DNA of 57,712 nucleotides, filler included, from Platydemus manokwari (taxonomy: Eukaryota): NCBI GenBank assembly GCA_037951405.1. It is 5 parts of 5 records of this genome, joined end to end, with 100 filler letters (N's around TTAATTAATTAA, not from the genome) between each part and the next. Parts side by side here need not be neighbours in the genome. Positions count along the whole stretch, not along the records: positions 1 to 16,235 come from JBBMOY011196987.1; positions 16,336 to 27,102 come from JBBMOY011107220.1; 3 more parts are not named here. One strand, written 5' to 3'. This document shows positions 12,456 through 27,202 of the stretch, piece by piece. The first letter of the stretch is position 1; each line of letters starts with the position of its first letter. Both the position numbers and the translations under genes were made by a program. The notes beneath the pieces were generated by a model. That model did not search any database, had not been told where the DNA came from, and saw only the letters and a program-made list of their open reading frames with translations.

Positions 12456-14159
12456 TGTAATTGAAATGTTTGATGTTGAAATATATTAATTCGATCGGAA
12501 ATAAATTTGATTTATGATATTATCATGATTTATCTTTAATATCATTGGTTAAAAATATCAATAAATTAATTTTTAATAATTATAATAAATTTTAAATACA
12601 AAATAATTTCAAATTTAAATTTTTAATATTTATTTTAATAATTTTTTTATTTTAATAATTAAAATAATTCTTAATACTTGAATAAATATTGATTATTCAT
12701 CATAAAATGAATTTTCAATATTTTTAATTTACCTCATTTTACATTTTTTATAAAATTATCGAAATAAAATGACGATTTTTATTATCATTTAAATTGTAAT
12801 TATTTTATATAATTTAAAATATATAATTAAAATTTTGTTAAAACTTTCACTTTTTATAAATATATTTCGATTTACAATTTCATAATTCGACAATGATATT
12901 TCATTCGATTTTAAACTATTCGATAAACATTTCAAGCTTATTATTTCACTATTGATTTTATTTGTAATTATATATTTTGAGGATTCGAGATTTCCTCGCT
13001 TAAAGTTTCAAAATATCAATTTTGAACTATTATATTATCTTTCCAATTTTATGAAATTATAATTCACAAAATTAATATAAGCATTCTTGTGACAGTGACG
13101 CCAAAGCTATTACTCTATCTTGATTGCGGAATTCCGTTAATTTATATTGTAAATAAAAATATAATTTATCATCTAAAATAAGATTAGTAAACCAATTTTA
13201 ATATTTCAAACTAAAACACAACTAAATTTTATTTTTAAAGAATTATTAAAAGTAAATAATGGTTGAAATTAAAGTTGTTGTTTGAGTAAATTTTACTCTA
13301 AATTAAAGTTGTGAAATACTTATTTAAAAAATTAATTTTTAAATTATTTTAACTTTTATGCTGAATTTTAAAATTGAGAATTTTTCTTTAAATTTTTACC
13401 CACTTTCAAGTAAAACTATTTAAAATAATAAAAATAAACATGAAATACAGATAACGTAAAGTTAAGTGCTTAGTGAAACGATTTATTTTATTGGAATGTT
13501 TAAAATAATTATTCTAACAATCATTTGGAAAGAGGTGGTTTGATTTTGCCGCATTTTTAAAAGTTAATATATTTAAAATTAACATAAAATCACAGGTTAT
13601 TTTGAAATTTACTGTTTTATTGTTTTGTTTTGAACGATCAAAATTCTAATTAGATAAATATTTCTAAAAAATCAAATAATTTTTAATTATTGGTAAGAAT
13701 TACGTATTTTATATTAATTCATGTAAATTTGAACTTAATTTATTTCTTTTACTTAATATTGAAATATATATTAGATAATATGAAAAACATTTTATTTTTA
13801 AAGTATAAATAATTTTTAAACATGATGACAAAACTGAAATGGTGACAACAATTTTCAAAAGATATCTTTTGAAAAAGTTCCATAAATATGTATTTGATGT
13901 CATCTTGAAGCTGTTAACAAGTTTAAATAAGAATAGTATTAAAATTATTAACATTTATAAAGGGTTTCCAAGGTTCTCTAAAGAAACTTCGATGATTAAA
14001 ATAATAAAAGAATCAAATAAGGACATCCAGTCATTACTGGACCAATATCGAACTTTAACAGGTTGTATCTGTAAATATAAGGAAGGTCAACAAAGAAGAA
14101 TTTTAAGTTTCTAAATATTAAATTGGTTATTAGAAATTGTTGATAGATCTTATTTTGCT

Positions 14160-14980
14160 TGTGAATAAGTGTTCGTAACTGTTCGATTGCATATATGATG
14201 CAAGAGCTTCAAATTTTAATAAGACTTAATTTTTCTAATGGTTTTTTCAGATCTCGGATGATATAAGTTATTGCGTATTCTTTTTCATGATCACAAATTT
14301 GCCATAGTGTTCCCCGACTTTCATCAGTCATATTGAAGAAAGGTTTTATCATGTCCGAGTATCTGAGTATAGACTAGGCAATGAGTGGTTTTTAAATATG
14401 TTAAATGCTTTTGCGCTTCGTTCCATTTTAAAGATTGATTGTTTCGAAGCACATCAGTAAGAGGTAATGAGATTTCATTGGATCTTCGAATGAAATTTCG
14501 ATAATAATTAACTAATCCCAAAAACTCATGCGCATCACAGTTTTGAGTTCGGGATAGGCATTGATTTTGGTTATGTAAGTTCGACTATGTTTCACAGCCT
14601 GTCCCGTGACAATGTGGTCGAGACACTTCATTTCTCTTGAAGTTCATTCACATTTTGTGGGCTTCAATTCTATTTGGGTGGCAATGACTCATTTTAGCAC
14701 TCCGTATATGTCATGTAAAGGCTCGTCATATTCTCTTAAGTAAATAATTACATCATCGATTTACTTATTGAGTGATACAGATCCATGAGCATAGTACCAA
14801 TTAGACCCACCTGCATTACATGTATTCATATAGATATTTGCGATTCGTTAATATAATGTTATGGATGCGATCCTCGTACATATGGATATGCTGTGCCTAG
14901 TCTATAAGTGTTATGTTGAAAATAATTTAGAAATTTTGACAAGGCTGACCATCTCATCAATCAATGGCAACAAATTTCTG
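14160..14980 (-). mobile_element. Degenerate Ty3/Gypsy LTR-retrotransposon pol fragment (RT-RNase H)
   Basis: Minus-strand relics LPLIDEMV....SKLFST, *IDDVIIY (YIDD with the Tyr codon as a stop), ELKPTKC, GLVNYYRNFIRRSNEISLPLTDVLR...KWNEAQ and RNase H-like YAITY/EALA/IYAIEQLR. Multiple stops and frameshifts. Boundaries are approximate. Confidence 0.85.
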
Positions 14981-16235
14981 TTTTTGTTCATCGGCTTCCC
15001 TTTGGTTAATCAAAGGATTTCATGGTAAGTTACTGGACCTGTTCCATCCGTGTTGCAACAATTCCTGTATTTGCCTATGAATTTCACTTTCCATTCCGAT
15101 GAGCATCTTATATACCTATTGGTATATAAATTGAGAATTATAGAGCTCAATTTTATATTATAGCGCATTACATTGACCAAAATTATATTTATGTTTTGCC
15201 ATTAATGTATTTTCTTTTTTTAATTTGGTCAGTTTTTGTCACTGTACTGGTATGAGATCATGAAAGAGGTGACAGAAATTTTGAGTTCTAGACCCCAATC
15301 AAATTAAGAAGAACAATCAATTGATTTTCATAATGAAGCAACGTAATTGATTTATTTTTTATCATCTCCTGATAACTATTTTCCGTATGGAATTAGAATT
15401 GAGACTACATGTGTATAAAAGTGTCTTAACTGATCAATTAAAATTATGTACTCGAGCTCACTTTATCTGAAAAATAATAATTTACTACAATTAACTGGCA
15501 AAGACGAATATTGTGACAATTCAATATTATGGAACGGTTATTGTTGTCATCATCATAGCATAAATATGGATAATAATTTTAGATATACTCAATCATAGTC
15601 TGATATCTTCAAACCTTTAAGAAAATTTCCAGTCTACACTTTTTCCAAAAGATCATTAAAACATAAGGCCCTAAGATAGATAGGAAAATAAAGCATATTA
15701 TGATTATTGTGCCTGATTGATTTTCCATTTTCTTACAATTTCTATGTATTGGATTAGAAGTGGATGCCCTCATAAGTTAATGAATTCTTGGATTGTGGAA
15801 ATAGATGACACCTTTGGGGTCACTACTATTGGTTTTATTAGCTCTTATTTTACTTGATCGAGATCTACGTCTTTAACAGTACTCTGAGTCCGTTTCGACC
15901 CTCAAGTAGTATTTTGGCCTATAGATTTTGATGTTGTTTCGCCTCGACGTTCTCAACTTATGTGAATGTAACTGGAACGGAGTAGGGATCGATTTGACTT
16001 TAGTTCTAAATTTATCTTCTACCTCTATTATTATTATTCTTTTACACTTCTCTTTATCAGTCTCAATAATTAATTTTATCAACCAAGCTATTCCAAAAAT
16101 AGGTTATGTATGACACTGAAGTTTGAATACAAAGAAGTTATGATATCCTATACCAACTGGGTGATTGAAAACCAACTCGATTTTCTTGTCACAAATGTTT
16201 ATTATGAATAACAGAATATACCAAATTATATTATA

Positions 16236-16335
16236 NNNNNNNNNNNNNNNNNNNNNNNNNNNNNNNNNNNNNNNNNNNNTTAATTAATTAANNNNNNNNN
16301 NNNNNNNNNNNNNNNNNNNNNNNNNNNNNNNNNNN
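16236..16335. other. Artificial contig-join spacer (44N-TTAATTAATTAA-44N)
   Basis: 100-nt spacer whose 12-mer gives stop codons in all six frames. Identical at four places in the window. Confidence 0.95.
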
Positions 16336-19300
16336 ACTATCTTCATATAGTATTGATAGCGAGGTGAAACAAACAGAGAATAATAATAAATTAGGGTTTA
16401 ATTCGTATACCTTAAGGGGTTGATCAGAGCTCACGGAGACTGATCAAGTCAGCACTGATCCACAAAACAATATTATAGATCTTAAAATATGATTTTGAAA
16501 CAACTTACACCTATTTGACTTGGTCTTCCAGCTATGAAAAATGGGCATAAACAGATACTGGATCACTGGCTCCGGACAATCTTCTCACATTGATGAAATT
16601 ATGGAATCGGGTAGTTACATAATCACTTAATTGTGATTTGTTTTTGACGTGGCCATTATTTTTTTGGTCAATACTCATATTGGAATTGACATCTAACTTA
16701 GAAATTCTCTGCAGTTATTTATTTAATTACATTGCATATATTTTTCATACCAGAATTTATTGTCGATAGAGAAACTCTACAATTAAATTTTTATTGTTCT
16801 CCATCATTGATTGATATTTCATACTACAATTTATAAAGCTTATTTATTATATGGTTAGCAGCTTGTTAGCGTTCTCCCTATTTATAATTTTATTAAAATT
16901 TTATTTTATTTGTTTTAATGAGAGGATTTATTTTAGGGGATTTTATATTATCAATCAGATTTAGTTTGCGAAATCGAAAAATTTATTTTACAAAAATACA
17001 TATAGAAATAAAATATCACAAAACAAAGCATTACAAGTTTTTTCCTTAAGCACACTCTGATAATAATTAATATTTTTATTATTAAATTATTACATAAAAT
17101 TGTTAATAAAGTTTTTATATTTCTACCCACCGATAAAAATTAGAAAACATTTCTCAAATTATTGTCCATCAATGTCTGTTAATTCTGGTAGCCCCCTATC
17201 TACAACATTTATATACAAGGAAAGATTAAAGATAAAATACAATTGAAGTTTCTGAGAAATGGTGGAAAGTTAAAATGTATTTCAATATATCACTGATTGA
17301 ATGATGGTGCTGTGGATTCAACTTACATCTAGTAATAGTGAGTATAAAAAACAACAAATCCATATACACATACAAAAGGATTATCTATTATTATCGTCAA
17401 ATGCTTAACAATTACAGAAAGGATTAATTAAAGTCTGAGAATAAAAAATGCGAATATCAGCAGAAGACCAGAACATCTAAACTAAAAAGGATCTGAATAA
17501 GATTTTAAAAAGGTTTACTTTAAAAGGAATAACTTTAGATTAAATGAAAAGACGGGTATGCAATTATTTCTCGATAAAGCAGAATTGAAAAACTTAATTG
17601 AGATTAGGTTTTTTTATTAAACGAGACCCAATAGGAAAAATCAAATAAATTAAAAAATGACTTAAAAAGTACTCTGAGTTACATTAAATTTATAATCTTA
17701 AGACTAGTTACCTGGAAGTTTTTATGTTGATGATCATGTTAATTACAATTTAATGATTAGTTATTTATACAATTATGACCTCAGTAAAAAGAAAGAAAAT
17801 TGATTATCAAATAATAAAATTATGTTGTTAGCCAATTATTATGATCCAATAAATCTTATTTTATTGGACAAACAATTTTTTATATCTTAATAAGTCAAGT
17901 AAAATAATGATTTATTTTAAAAGTTTAAATTTATCGAGTATTAATTAATTATTTGTTGAAAATATAGAATCTCATAATCTTATATTAGACGTTCTTTCCT
18001 AATATAACATTATAACAACCAATTATCTTTCAAAAACGAAGATTTTTTTACGAACTTATATTTAATATAAAAGTGACAATATTTTACAAAACATTTCAAT
18101 TGATTCTATATGCAAATTTGGACAGCGTAATTTTAATAAACTAATTTACTTTAGTTTTTACCAAATATCGATTACCCATTTAAATTCCAATTCATATCCC
18201 AAGGATCATTAAAAGTTTACAATAGCTTCTTAAAAATCACTGAATTAAACTTATTTTGTAGAGGTATTATGTTAAAGATTGTCGAGGTGGTGTATAATCA
18301 TTTAAATTCAAATTACAAATGTACAATTTACAAAAAGATGTGGCCAATACTGTATTAGTTATCAGAAGGATTTAAATAAGAATAACTATATTCACTCAAA
18401 AATCTTCAGCTTATCTGGACTCCAAACAGATAAGAGGTTGTAGTCGCTTGATCGCTAATTCAATATAATAAAAATAATATTTAAATATATATGATAATAA
18501 AATAGAGTATAGTGAACAAATGCAAAACTAGAACAAAATAAAAATGAATTGACAATCAAATTAATAATCTGAGTACAATAAATTTAAATTACTACAGGCG
18601 GTGTTCGCTATTGTGGGAGCAAAGAGTGTTAGTCAAGAAAACAGTAAAGGGCGTACCGCTTATATGCTCAGGTAAGCTTCTCGTGGCAAAAATGAAGGTG
18701 GGGAACTTTAAGTAGAACTTCTAAATTTTAGTAGACCACAAGGCTAAAACTAGCCATGGGTCGAGAATTAATTAGATAGTTAAAAAATTTACTTGTGGAA
18801 TTCATAATAAAATTCTTCAAAATCTGCGGATCAAAATTGGCATTCAATTATATAATAGCTTTAATTGACCTTCGTCAAAATTTTCCTACAATTGTATAAC
18901 TGTGATTATTCGATGATTTTCTGTTTCTGCCAGTATTTATACTATTTTGTGTATTATTATGATTCATGAATCTTGTTGCTATTTTTGGTAACATTCTATG
19001 CTTAGTAGCCTATGTCGGTAATTTTAGCATATGTACAGCATGGGTTACTATTTTTTATTTTAGTGTCTATTTTTAGCAACTGATGTGGTTATTTCGGTTT
19101 ATCGTTAGTTCTATTTTTAGATTTCGATGCAGTTTTTCCTAATGATCTTAATGTCGATTAGTTTTGATGCAGTAAAACAAATTTAAAAAATCTATGAATA
19201 TTTTGTAATTTCTGGCATTATTATTTTCTTAATTTGCGACATTTTTTGAAAAATAATTATATTGATTTGTTTATATTTTGGTTGGGTTAAATGGCCCGTT

Positions 19301-19966
19301 TAGTTCCCCACAATTATCCTGAGTCCTATCAGAGATAAACATTATTTTCACAGAAAAATCATAGCTTTGTCTTGGAAGTCTAATTTTCATTTATGGATTT
19401 TATTTTGAATCAGGAACACATAAGAGCTACCTTTACCTACACATATGTCAATATGCACTTATATGATTATGGAAAGTTAGTTTTGAATATTTCGTAACAA
19501 TCAAAATAAGTTACATGATTGTTTATATTTACGATTACGCAATCTTATCAATGGAAAATACAGTAAAAGCAAATATTATTGTTCAATAAGACACATCAGC
19601 ACTGGTTTACGAAGATTCAATATAAAGAAACAAGACTTTAATATGGTATAAATAAGATTTATATTTTAGTAAATTTCAATTATTAAATAAAAAAATATTT
19701 ACATATAAAACTTGAAATATGTAAAGCACAATGTAAAAATCAATTATTTATTTTATATCCCATATGAAAAATCCCGATATTTAAAAATTATCAGTTATGC
19801 AAATAGTGCATGAAGGAAAAAATCTAAATTATAATCGATATAAATAACAAAGTGAAAAAGAATTTGATTCAGCCAACGAATTTTATTGTCACCATAATAA
19901 AGTGGCAAATATAAAATATAACTCTGAAAGACAGCCTACACCTTCCATTTTTAGTATTCGACAAAA

Positions 19967-20677
19967 TTATTTGTATAATAAAAAACTAATTATGATAATA
20001 AATGGAATCACAAATAAACATAGGAACAAAATACAAATGATTTGGATCCATTTCAAACCACAAAATAAATTTTGAGCTTGCTTTTTTGATTGAGAAATTA
20101 CGAAATTGTTGGCATCAAATGAGGGACTATTTAAAATTGTACTAACTGATGAGCTCGGTGGTGTAAAATCGGTAATACGCCCGTTTAATTCAATATCATT
20201 GAATGCAATTTTACGTGGTTGTTTATCTATTGTTCCATTCTCAATAAATTGCTTATCAGACGATAAGCGAGCACCATCACTTTTTAATAATTCTGATCGA
20301 TAGCTATCTTCTGTAGATGGGATTTTGATTTCTTTTAAACTGTAAAAATCCTGACTAGAAATTAAATTGTTTAACCTGTTTAATTCCCATAGCTATAAAT
20401 TCAAAAGTTAAAGTAATCAAAATAATATAAAAGTTATTACTGAGATATTATATTTGAGGGAAATTGATTGAATTGTTTGGCCTTCTTTTATTTCAAGAAG
20501 ATAAATTTCTTCCTTTGACTGCTTTGTAGATTGCGGAGAGAATCTATTTATTGATTTTGTAGAAAATTCTTGATCATCTAGTTCACTAAAATTGCTTTTA
20601 TCTTCAGCGTCTTCTATGGGAAGAGGTTGATATAAAACAGAATTATCATAAAATCCTTTAGACAAATAAGCTATCAT
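19967..20677 (-). CDS. LysM-domain protein with C-terminal transmembrane helix (LYSMD3/4-like); exons 20677-20441 and 20392-19967
   Basis: A 48-nt GTAATA...TTATAG phase-0 intron (20440-20393) joins IKEGQTIQSISLKYNIS to LWELNRLNNLISSQDFYSLKEIKIP, giving a complete LysM domain. Exon 2 stays open for 142 codons and ends CGLKWIQIICILFLCLFVIPFIIIISFLLYK*, resembling the LYSMD3/4 CG..W + TM tail. Confidence 0.88.
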
Positions 20678-23600
20678 CAAAATTTTATATTATTTAAACA
20701 AATGTAATTAACTTTAAATGTCATTTATATAATCACTTAATCTTCATAAACTGTTAAAATTTAAAACTGTAATTAATTCAATAAAATATTTATTTTTAAT
20801 AAATTTCCCGAATAAAATATTTTAACGTAAGTAATATAAATTAATATTTTCAAATTACTTAAAACTGGTTTTTATTGTAAATAAATGTTGCTGAAGATTG
20901 TAAAAATATTTTACGTAATTGTGTAACAGATTGTGTTAAAATAATGTTTCAAAAGATAAATATAACAATTAAAATTATTTGTATGTCGCTGAATCGAAAT
21001 AGTATTGGAAGTACAACAAACAACATTATACATTCAATTTATAGTAACGTGAAGACACAAAATGATGGAGCAAGACAACTAAATTTGAATAACGAAAAAT
21101 TTGCCATATACACCATATTTAAATAAAAATAGCTTATTGTAAGTTACAGAAAAGTGTAAATTCAATTGTAAAATATATTAATATATTAATTATTGCAATG
21201 CATTATTTAGATTAATCCACCTCCAATTATAAATTCATTAAATAAAAAATTAAAGTATGTGTATGACATTATCATATCATTTAAAAATAACTGATTTAAA
21301 ATTACACCTCTGACATATATATCCACGATTTTCACATGGATATTTTCATTAGTATATTTAATTAATTTATTATATTTGATATTTTGCTTAAAATTCATCA
21401 TTATATGTGGTTGTTTAGCAGGTCGTTAAATAATTTACTGTTTAATTAGCTTATACTGTTAGTTACCATAAATCATTTTATTATTTATTAATTATCTTAT
21501 TTACTGTTTCATTATCGGCAATTATTATTCTCATTAATAATTCACAAAAAATAAAGCAAATCATACATAAATTCGAAATAAAAGACAGATTTTGAAATTC
21601 AAAAGAAAAGAAAGGATTCTGTGACAATACCAATGTAAAATAATTTATTTATTATCGCTCAATACAGAACCATTAGGCAATAGTCAAAAAATTTTCAAAG
21701 CTTATTGTCAACGCTAATATTTTTATTGAAATGGTAAATTATTTTGACAACTTTACACCTGGGATTAATAAGTTTTCCTTAAGAAATCATAGATTAAAAG
21801 GATAAGGTAATGCCCTATTCGTAACAGGCGAACTCGCACAGAATTCCGCTTTCAAAGACCTTAACATGAAATCCAAATTCTCGACTGAAGGCAGCTAGAA
21901 TTAAGAATATATTGCATTAAAAAAGTCTTGGCAAGTTTGCAATTTCAGATTTTATATTTAAAGTTTTAAGAAGATATGAATTATAATTAAATGTACAACA
22001 TATACATTATTTCTATTTTATTTAAATTTTGGAAACATTTTTCAAATATTATGCCTCAGCCACTTCAGATTTAATAGTTTAGTCTTTAACTAGGAGATGA
22101 AATTTAAATATTTCAAATATATAAATATTCTTGTCTCCTTGTGTTATAAATTTTATAAATTCACCTTTTTGACTTTATTGTGTATTTTTATGTTCATAAT
22201 TTCCATTTCACTTGACACTGGGGATTTAGTTGTTGTTTTTTAATTTGAGAATGATTCCCAAATAGACATCTACTCTGCACGGCCTTATTGTACTCTATAA
22301 CTTTATTCCATAAAAAAGTATAAATATTGACAAATTTTCTATAGATTTGATTTATTAGGATTAGAAACCACCCATAACTTTTTCGAGTCACAAAAAGTAA
22401 GAGAATACTAGCAATTATCCTTTTTAAGTAGAATGCAACCAGAAACTATAACACAAAGGGAACCAGAACAAAGTATCCAACCAACTTACTAAATGACGGA
22501 AGAATCGAGATCAAGACAACCAGGCCCAAGGAGACCAAGGAAGAAACAGATATTTAAACATACATTAAATGATAGAGAAAGATGTAAAAATTAAATTAAG
22601 ATCTTTAGAAAAATTTGCACGAAATTTAGATAAACCAACAGTAAGTATGCATGAGGCATCTACATATGCAGAAGATATGTTGGAAAATCGCACCAGCAGA
22701 ATCCCAACTATTGGTAATTATTGAGAAAACTAAGGACGGAATTGGTTGAAGTGGAAGCAAAAAATCAACATATTATTATATGAGCTGTTTATAACTAAAT
22801 GGATACTGAATTAAAACAAAATTAAACAATGTTTATTTGAATAAAACAATAAATTTAAAGTATAGAATCTATTTATAAAGGGTAACCTAGTGCATTCGCA
22901 CTTTGACACCCTGAAATGTGAAAACACAACGTAAAATAAAATATTTCCGATACACTTACTATATAACGAATTTAAACAAAAGTTATGTGCGATTTTATGT
23001 AATATTTTTCAACTATTTAAACTAGTTCATAATATGTACTTAATACAATAATTATAAATAATTTTAATATAATTAATATTTTTAAATAATTATTTCATTG
23101 AGTTACGATAATCCATCATAGTCGTAGTTCAATTTGGAATCCTTTATGAATTGGATTTCTTAACGTTTTCGTACTTCAACAGGATTTGTCTTGACGACAA
23201 TGATGGGTCAAAATTTATTACATATCAGTGCTTCAGAATACCGTCGAGTTCTGAGTGATTTTCAGCCTCAATATAATAATCCTGAGTTTTGGATTATTTG
23301 ATGAATTGGTCCCTAAATAAGAATATTTTAAATAAGTTTATTTTCTAGATTTTTTTAAAATCCTACCTGTCTCTCGTTCGAAGCACTGATGAGGCCCCTG
23401 CAAATCAAAAATTGGACACTATCCGCATCATAAAACCACCACCACCATAATCATTATTGCTCTTGAAGGTTCAGAGTATCAGAAATTCTATTTATTTCTG
23501 AATCGAAGCACTGATGTGGTACTAATTTTCAGCAAAACGTAGTTTATTTATTTTTATATTTTGACCAAATATCGTACGAAAAAATAAAGGACGAAGAGAT

Positions 23601-25131
23601 TATTGAAGTTGTGCTCAAGGAATACGAACAGAACGAAACATTATGATTATTTATACTGAAAATATATCTAACATGTAAAGGCATTTTCATTGAAAGTATA
23701 CACACATGTAAATCCATTTACACCCAAAGAACGGATCGAAACTCCTAAATAGCTTGAATCGAGCAATAATCAAACTCCAAATACAGAAATCGTCATGACC
23801 ATGTCATAAATGCACGGTTATTAAAGGATTTCTCATTAATACATTTACAAAGTTTAAGTCAACGCAAATACTTTAATATTCAGGTTAAAAATTCTTGTAA
23901 TAATAATTATACTCATATGTATTATCTCTAAATTATGAATGTTTCTTGCGGCGCCTAAAAATGAATTTTGATTAGTCTATATGTTACGCCAATTCCTTAT
24001 CAACTGACAATCAACTATTAATTTCTCATGAGCTACTTCACTTTGATTTGTTGATTAGTAATACAATATTTTAATTATCCTTAATCTTATTTTCTCACAA
24101 TATTTACTTAGCATATTTCATTATTATGTTTGGCATATAATTAATCTAAAGATTCGTTTACATTATGTTTTTCAAATATATTAATATAGATCATAAATCA
24201 CAACATTATTAATCTAATAATTTAGGAGATTGATTTATCATCGATTCATTTAAGATTATTAATTTCGATATCTCGCTTTATTCCTATTTAATGTTGAACC
24301 AAAAGACTTCGTTGATAAAAACTTGAACGAACAAATAAATTCTGATGAGTTAATTGATTATTTAAAACTGGCATACAATGTATTCACAATAAATTCTTTT
24401 AATTTTAAACATTCAAATTCTTTTTGATTATTAATTGTATCATTAGTGTGTGTCTATTCAATTTCAACCACGTCACGATAACAAACCACTAAAGATCGAT
24501 TTTCAATTTTAAATAATTTTTATAAAACAGGAAAATGTCGTCCAGTGGATATCACTGAAAATTTTTCAATATATTGCAAGTCAATTTATTCTTTAATTAA
24601 CATATCTAGGCACTGAAAGTGTTGAATGCAAAGTAAACTGCAAATCTCTCAAATAGAGTTATGAATCGCTGTGTAGAAAAATGTGAATTCGAGTTTTTGA
24701 GACCCGCGCTCGATTTCGTATTAATAAAAATGGTGGAGATCTTAAAATTAAAATTTTTGAAAGCAGAAATCTTCAGAAAATGAGGTTTGAAAGTTTCCGA
24801 CAAATATTTATGCAATAATTTCAGTGATTTATCCATAATTATTCATCCTCTCATTGTTCTTAATTATTTTTACAAGAATTAAAAGCAATTCAATTATCCA
24901 ACCATCATCATTAACCAAACAAAGGTTTAAATTATCAACATACATTTATTCAGCACAATTGAGACAATTGTTGAAAAAATTTAATTGGTCACAAATATGT
25001 ATCGACTAAACTAGAAAATTATATAAAGTAGTAAATAAGTTTGAGAATTTATTTTTAGACAAACCAAATCTTTAAGTCAATTGTTTTTACTTTTCTTATA
25101 ATAATTATTAGGCAATTCGATAAGTTCCATT

Positions 25132-25734
25132 ATGAACTCATCAATAAATTGCATGACCAATATCCCTTGGTGGATGTCATATGCAATATCTGCTGGTATT
25201 TTTACATTTGGATTCATAATTATCGGATTTGTTAATTTGGTAACCATCATCAAACGACGTACTCGACCGACGGCAAAAGTTCAAATGTTGCGAAGAAAAT
25301 CGAGACTTTTAATGAACCCAATTGTCAGTGAGAACGATTCGGATTATAATGATGATATCGATGAAGAAGCTGGAATTGGATCATTTAAATTTTTGAAATT
25401 TATTCTCTGGTGTGAACGAGTGACGTCTGAAAGGTCTCAAGTAGGGCGAATTATGGTAATGATAATTGATTTTGTTCAATACCAACGTATTATGGAAATT
25501 TTAATTTAGTGTTTAATTCATGTCCTTTCTAATATGTTATCTTGGACTATTTATCTCGCTTTCACATACTAGTATGGAATTTGGAGGCAATATTAAAAAT
25601 AAAATTACATTCATAATTTCAGCCAATCAGAAATTATATATTTGGAAGGAGACTGCTACAACGAAAACATGATTGTACCAAAATGGATAGATTTTATATT
25701 GAATATATATTTTGGATTACATTTTATACTAAGG
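25132..25734 (+). CDS. Slo/BK-family (slowpoke/KCNMA1-like) K+ channel, 5' exons only (25132-25455, 25510-25571, 25623-25734)
   Basis: GT-AG introns of 54 and 51 nt keep the frame. The product has an S0-like WW..AISAGIFTFG segment, WCERVTSERSQVGRIM|CLIHVLSNMLSWTIYL (cf. Slo1 W...ISxQTxTGRxLV..S1) and C......WIDFILNIYFGLHFILR (cf. S2 QIDxAFNxFFxxYFxxR). A further donor GTTAGT follows at 25735. Confidence 0.78.
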
Positions 25735-26783
25735 GTTAGTGTGTTAATATTTATTTACAAGCATAAATCATATTATTATTATGATATTAACAATTATAAT
25801 TATGACATAAATTGTAAAAAGTAATAAGGACAAATTTATTACATCATATTATTTATGCTATAAAACCGAATGATTACAATAATAAAATTTGATACTTTTC
25901 TGACAAAATCAACCTGTTCAATCAATTCTATGAATAATGAACAGATTATGTCATCGATTATTATGATAATTGATTTTAAATTGCTTGAAGACTATTAGCG
26001 TTGTTCACGATTACGTCAATCAAAATCAAGAAGCTCTAAAGGCGACATTAAACATATTTACATTAAAAAAAATTGAAGACTATTGTGAAATGTTCAAATA
26101 CTTCATTGGTTGCCAATTAATAGACATGAATTAAAAAATTAATCAATATGGAACATAATTGATAGAATATATATTAAATTCATTAATCTAAATTTGTTTG
26201 TAATTTGGTAATATAAATACCCATTCAAGAGTTCTGTTGATAATAAATACGAAATATTTCAAAAACTTGTTTCAAATTTAGGCAAACCATTTTCGACAAA
26301 TCCCGTAAAATCATTTTTTTTAAATTTTAAAATCTTTTATTAACAGGAATGTTAAATATTAAAAATATTTTTTAAAATATATATAAAATTGCTTAATTCG
26401 ACAACATTTTTCATTTGTTTTAATTTCAGTGTAATTATTAATTTATAATATCGAATTTGTATAATACCTGTATTGTTTCCCAACCTTTCCGTTGTCATTA
26501 TTTAGAGTTATCTCCGTTTGTCTGAGCTACTCCAGATTTGGCTTATTTTCTATGTGTTGCTTTCACGGAGTGCTAGACCCAGCCTAGATCGTTTCACTTA
26601 CTTTGAATGACTCCGTCTAAATAATTGTTATACCAAGCCGATGCTTTTTAATTAATCGCTCTTCTAAGGTCATAGAGATTTTTCTGATGGTGACTTTTCT
26701 GGCAGAAATGACCAAAGTTTCAATCATCACTTACAGTAACAGATAGGTAATATGCAGAAAACAGTACAGTGGGAATACTATAA

Positions 26784-27102
26784 CATTCATTCATTCATTC
26801 ATTCATTTTCCTTTTGTGCTGGTTAGCACATGGGGCAAAAGTCATGACCCTCCATTTCTCTCTGTCCAATGCCAACTGCTGTAGTTCTTATATACTGTGA
26901 ATATTCATTGTTTTTAATTCTCTAAACATTGTTCTTTTGAGTGTTTCTCTTAGTCTACCTCTGGCTCTTTTGCCTGGTGGAGTCCATGATAGAGACTGTT
27001 GGTGAATTCTCTTGTCGTCTGAGCACAGAATGTGACCGATATAGGACCAACGTCGTTTTCGAATAACATCTGAGATGTACTTTTGATGTGTTTCTTCTCT
27101 AA
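26784..27102 (-). mobile_element. 3' end of an RTE-clade non-LTR retrotransposon with (GAAT)n tail
   Basis: Minus strand reads ISDVIRKRRWSYIGHILC...IHQQSLSWTPPGKRARGRLRETLKRT...*ELQQLALDREKWR, the typical RTE ORF C-terminus, immediately followed by (CATT)6 at 26784-26807. Truncated by the gap. Confidence 0.85.
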
Positions 27103-27202
27103 NNNNNNNNNNNNNNNNNNNNNNNNNNNNNNNNNNNNNNNNNNNNTTAATTAATTAANNNNNNNNNNNNNNNNNNNNNNNNNNNNNNNNNNNNNNNNNN
27201 NN
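27103..27202. other. Artificial contig-join spacer (44N-TTAATTAATTAA-44N)
   Basis: Same 100-nt spacer. Confidence 0.95.

Noticed and set aside
16280-16291. Recurrent palindrome TTAATTAATTAA as a biological motif
   Set aside because: Always centred in exactly 44+44 Ns, so it is a synthetic linker.
22880-23560. Possible Tc1/mariner relic on the minus strand
   Set aside because: Only vague similarity; no paired TIRs or DDE/D motif identified.
24500-24840. Alternative genetic code (TAA/TAG read as Gln) to explain stop-interrupted coding-like tracts
   Set aside because: Intact genes in the window (Rpn10, LysM) terminate at TAA and contain no internal stops, so the standard code applies.
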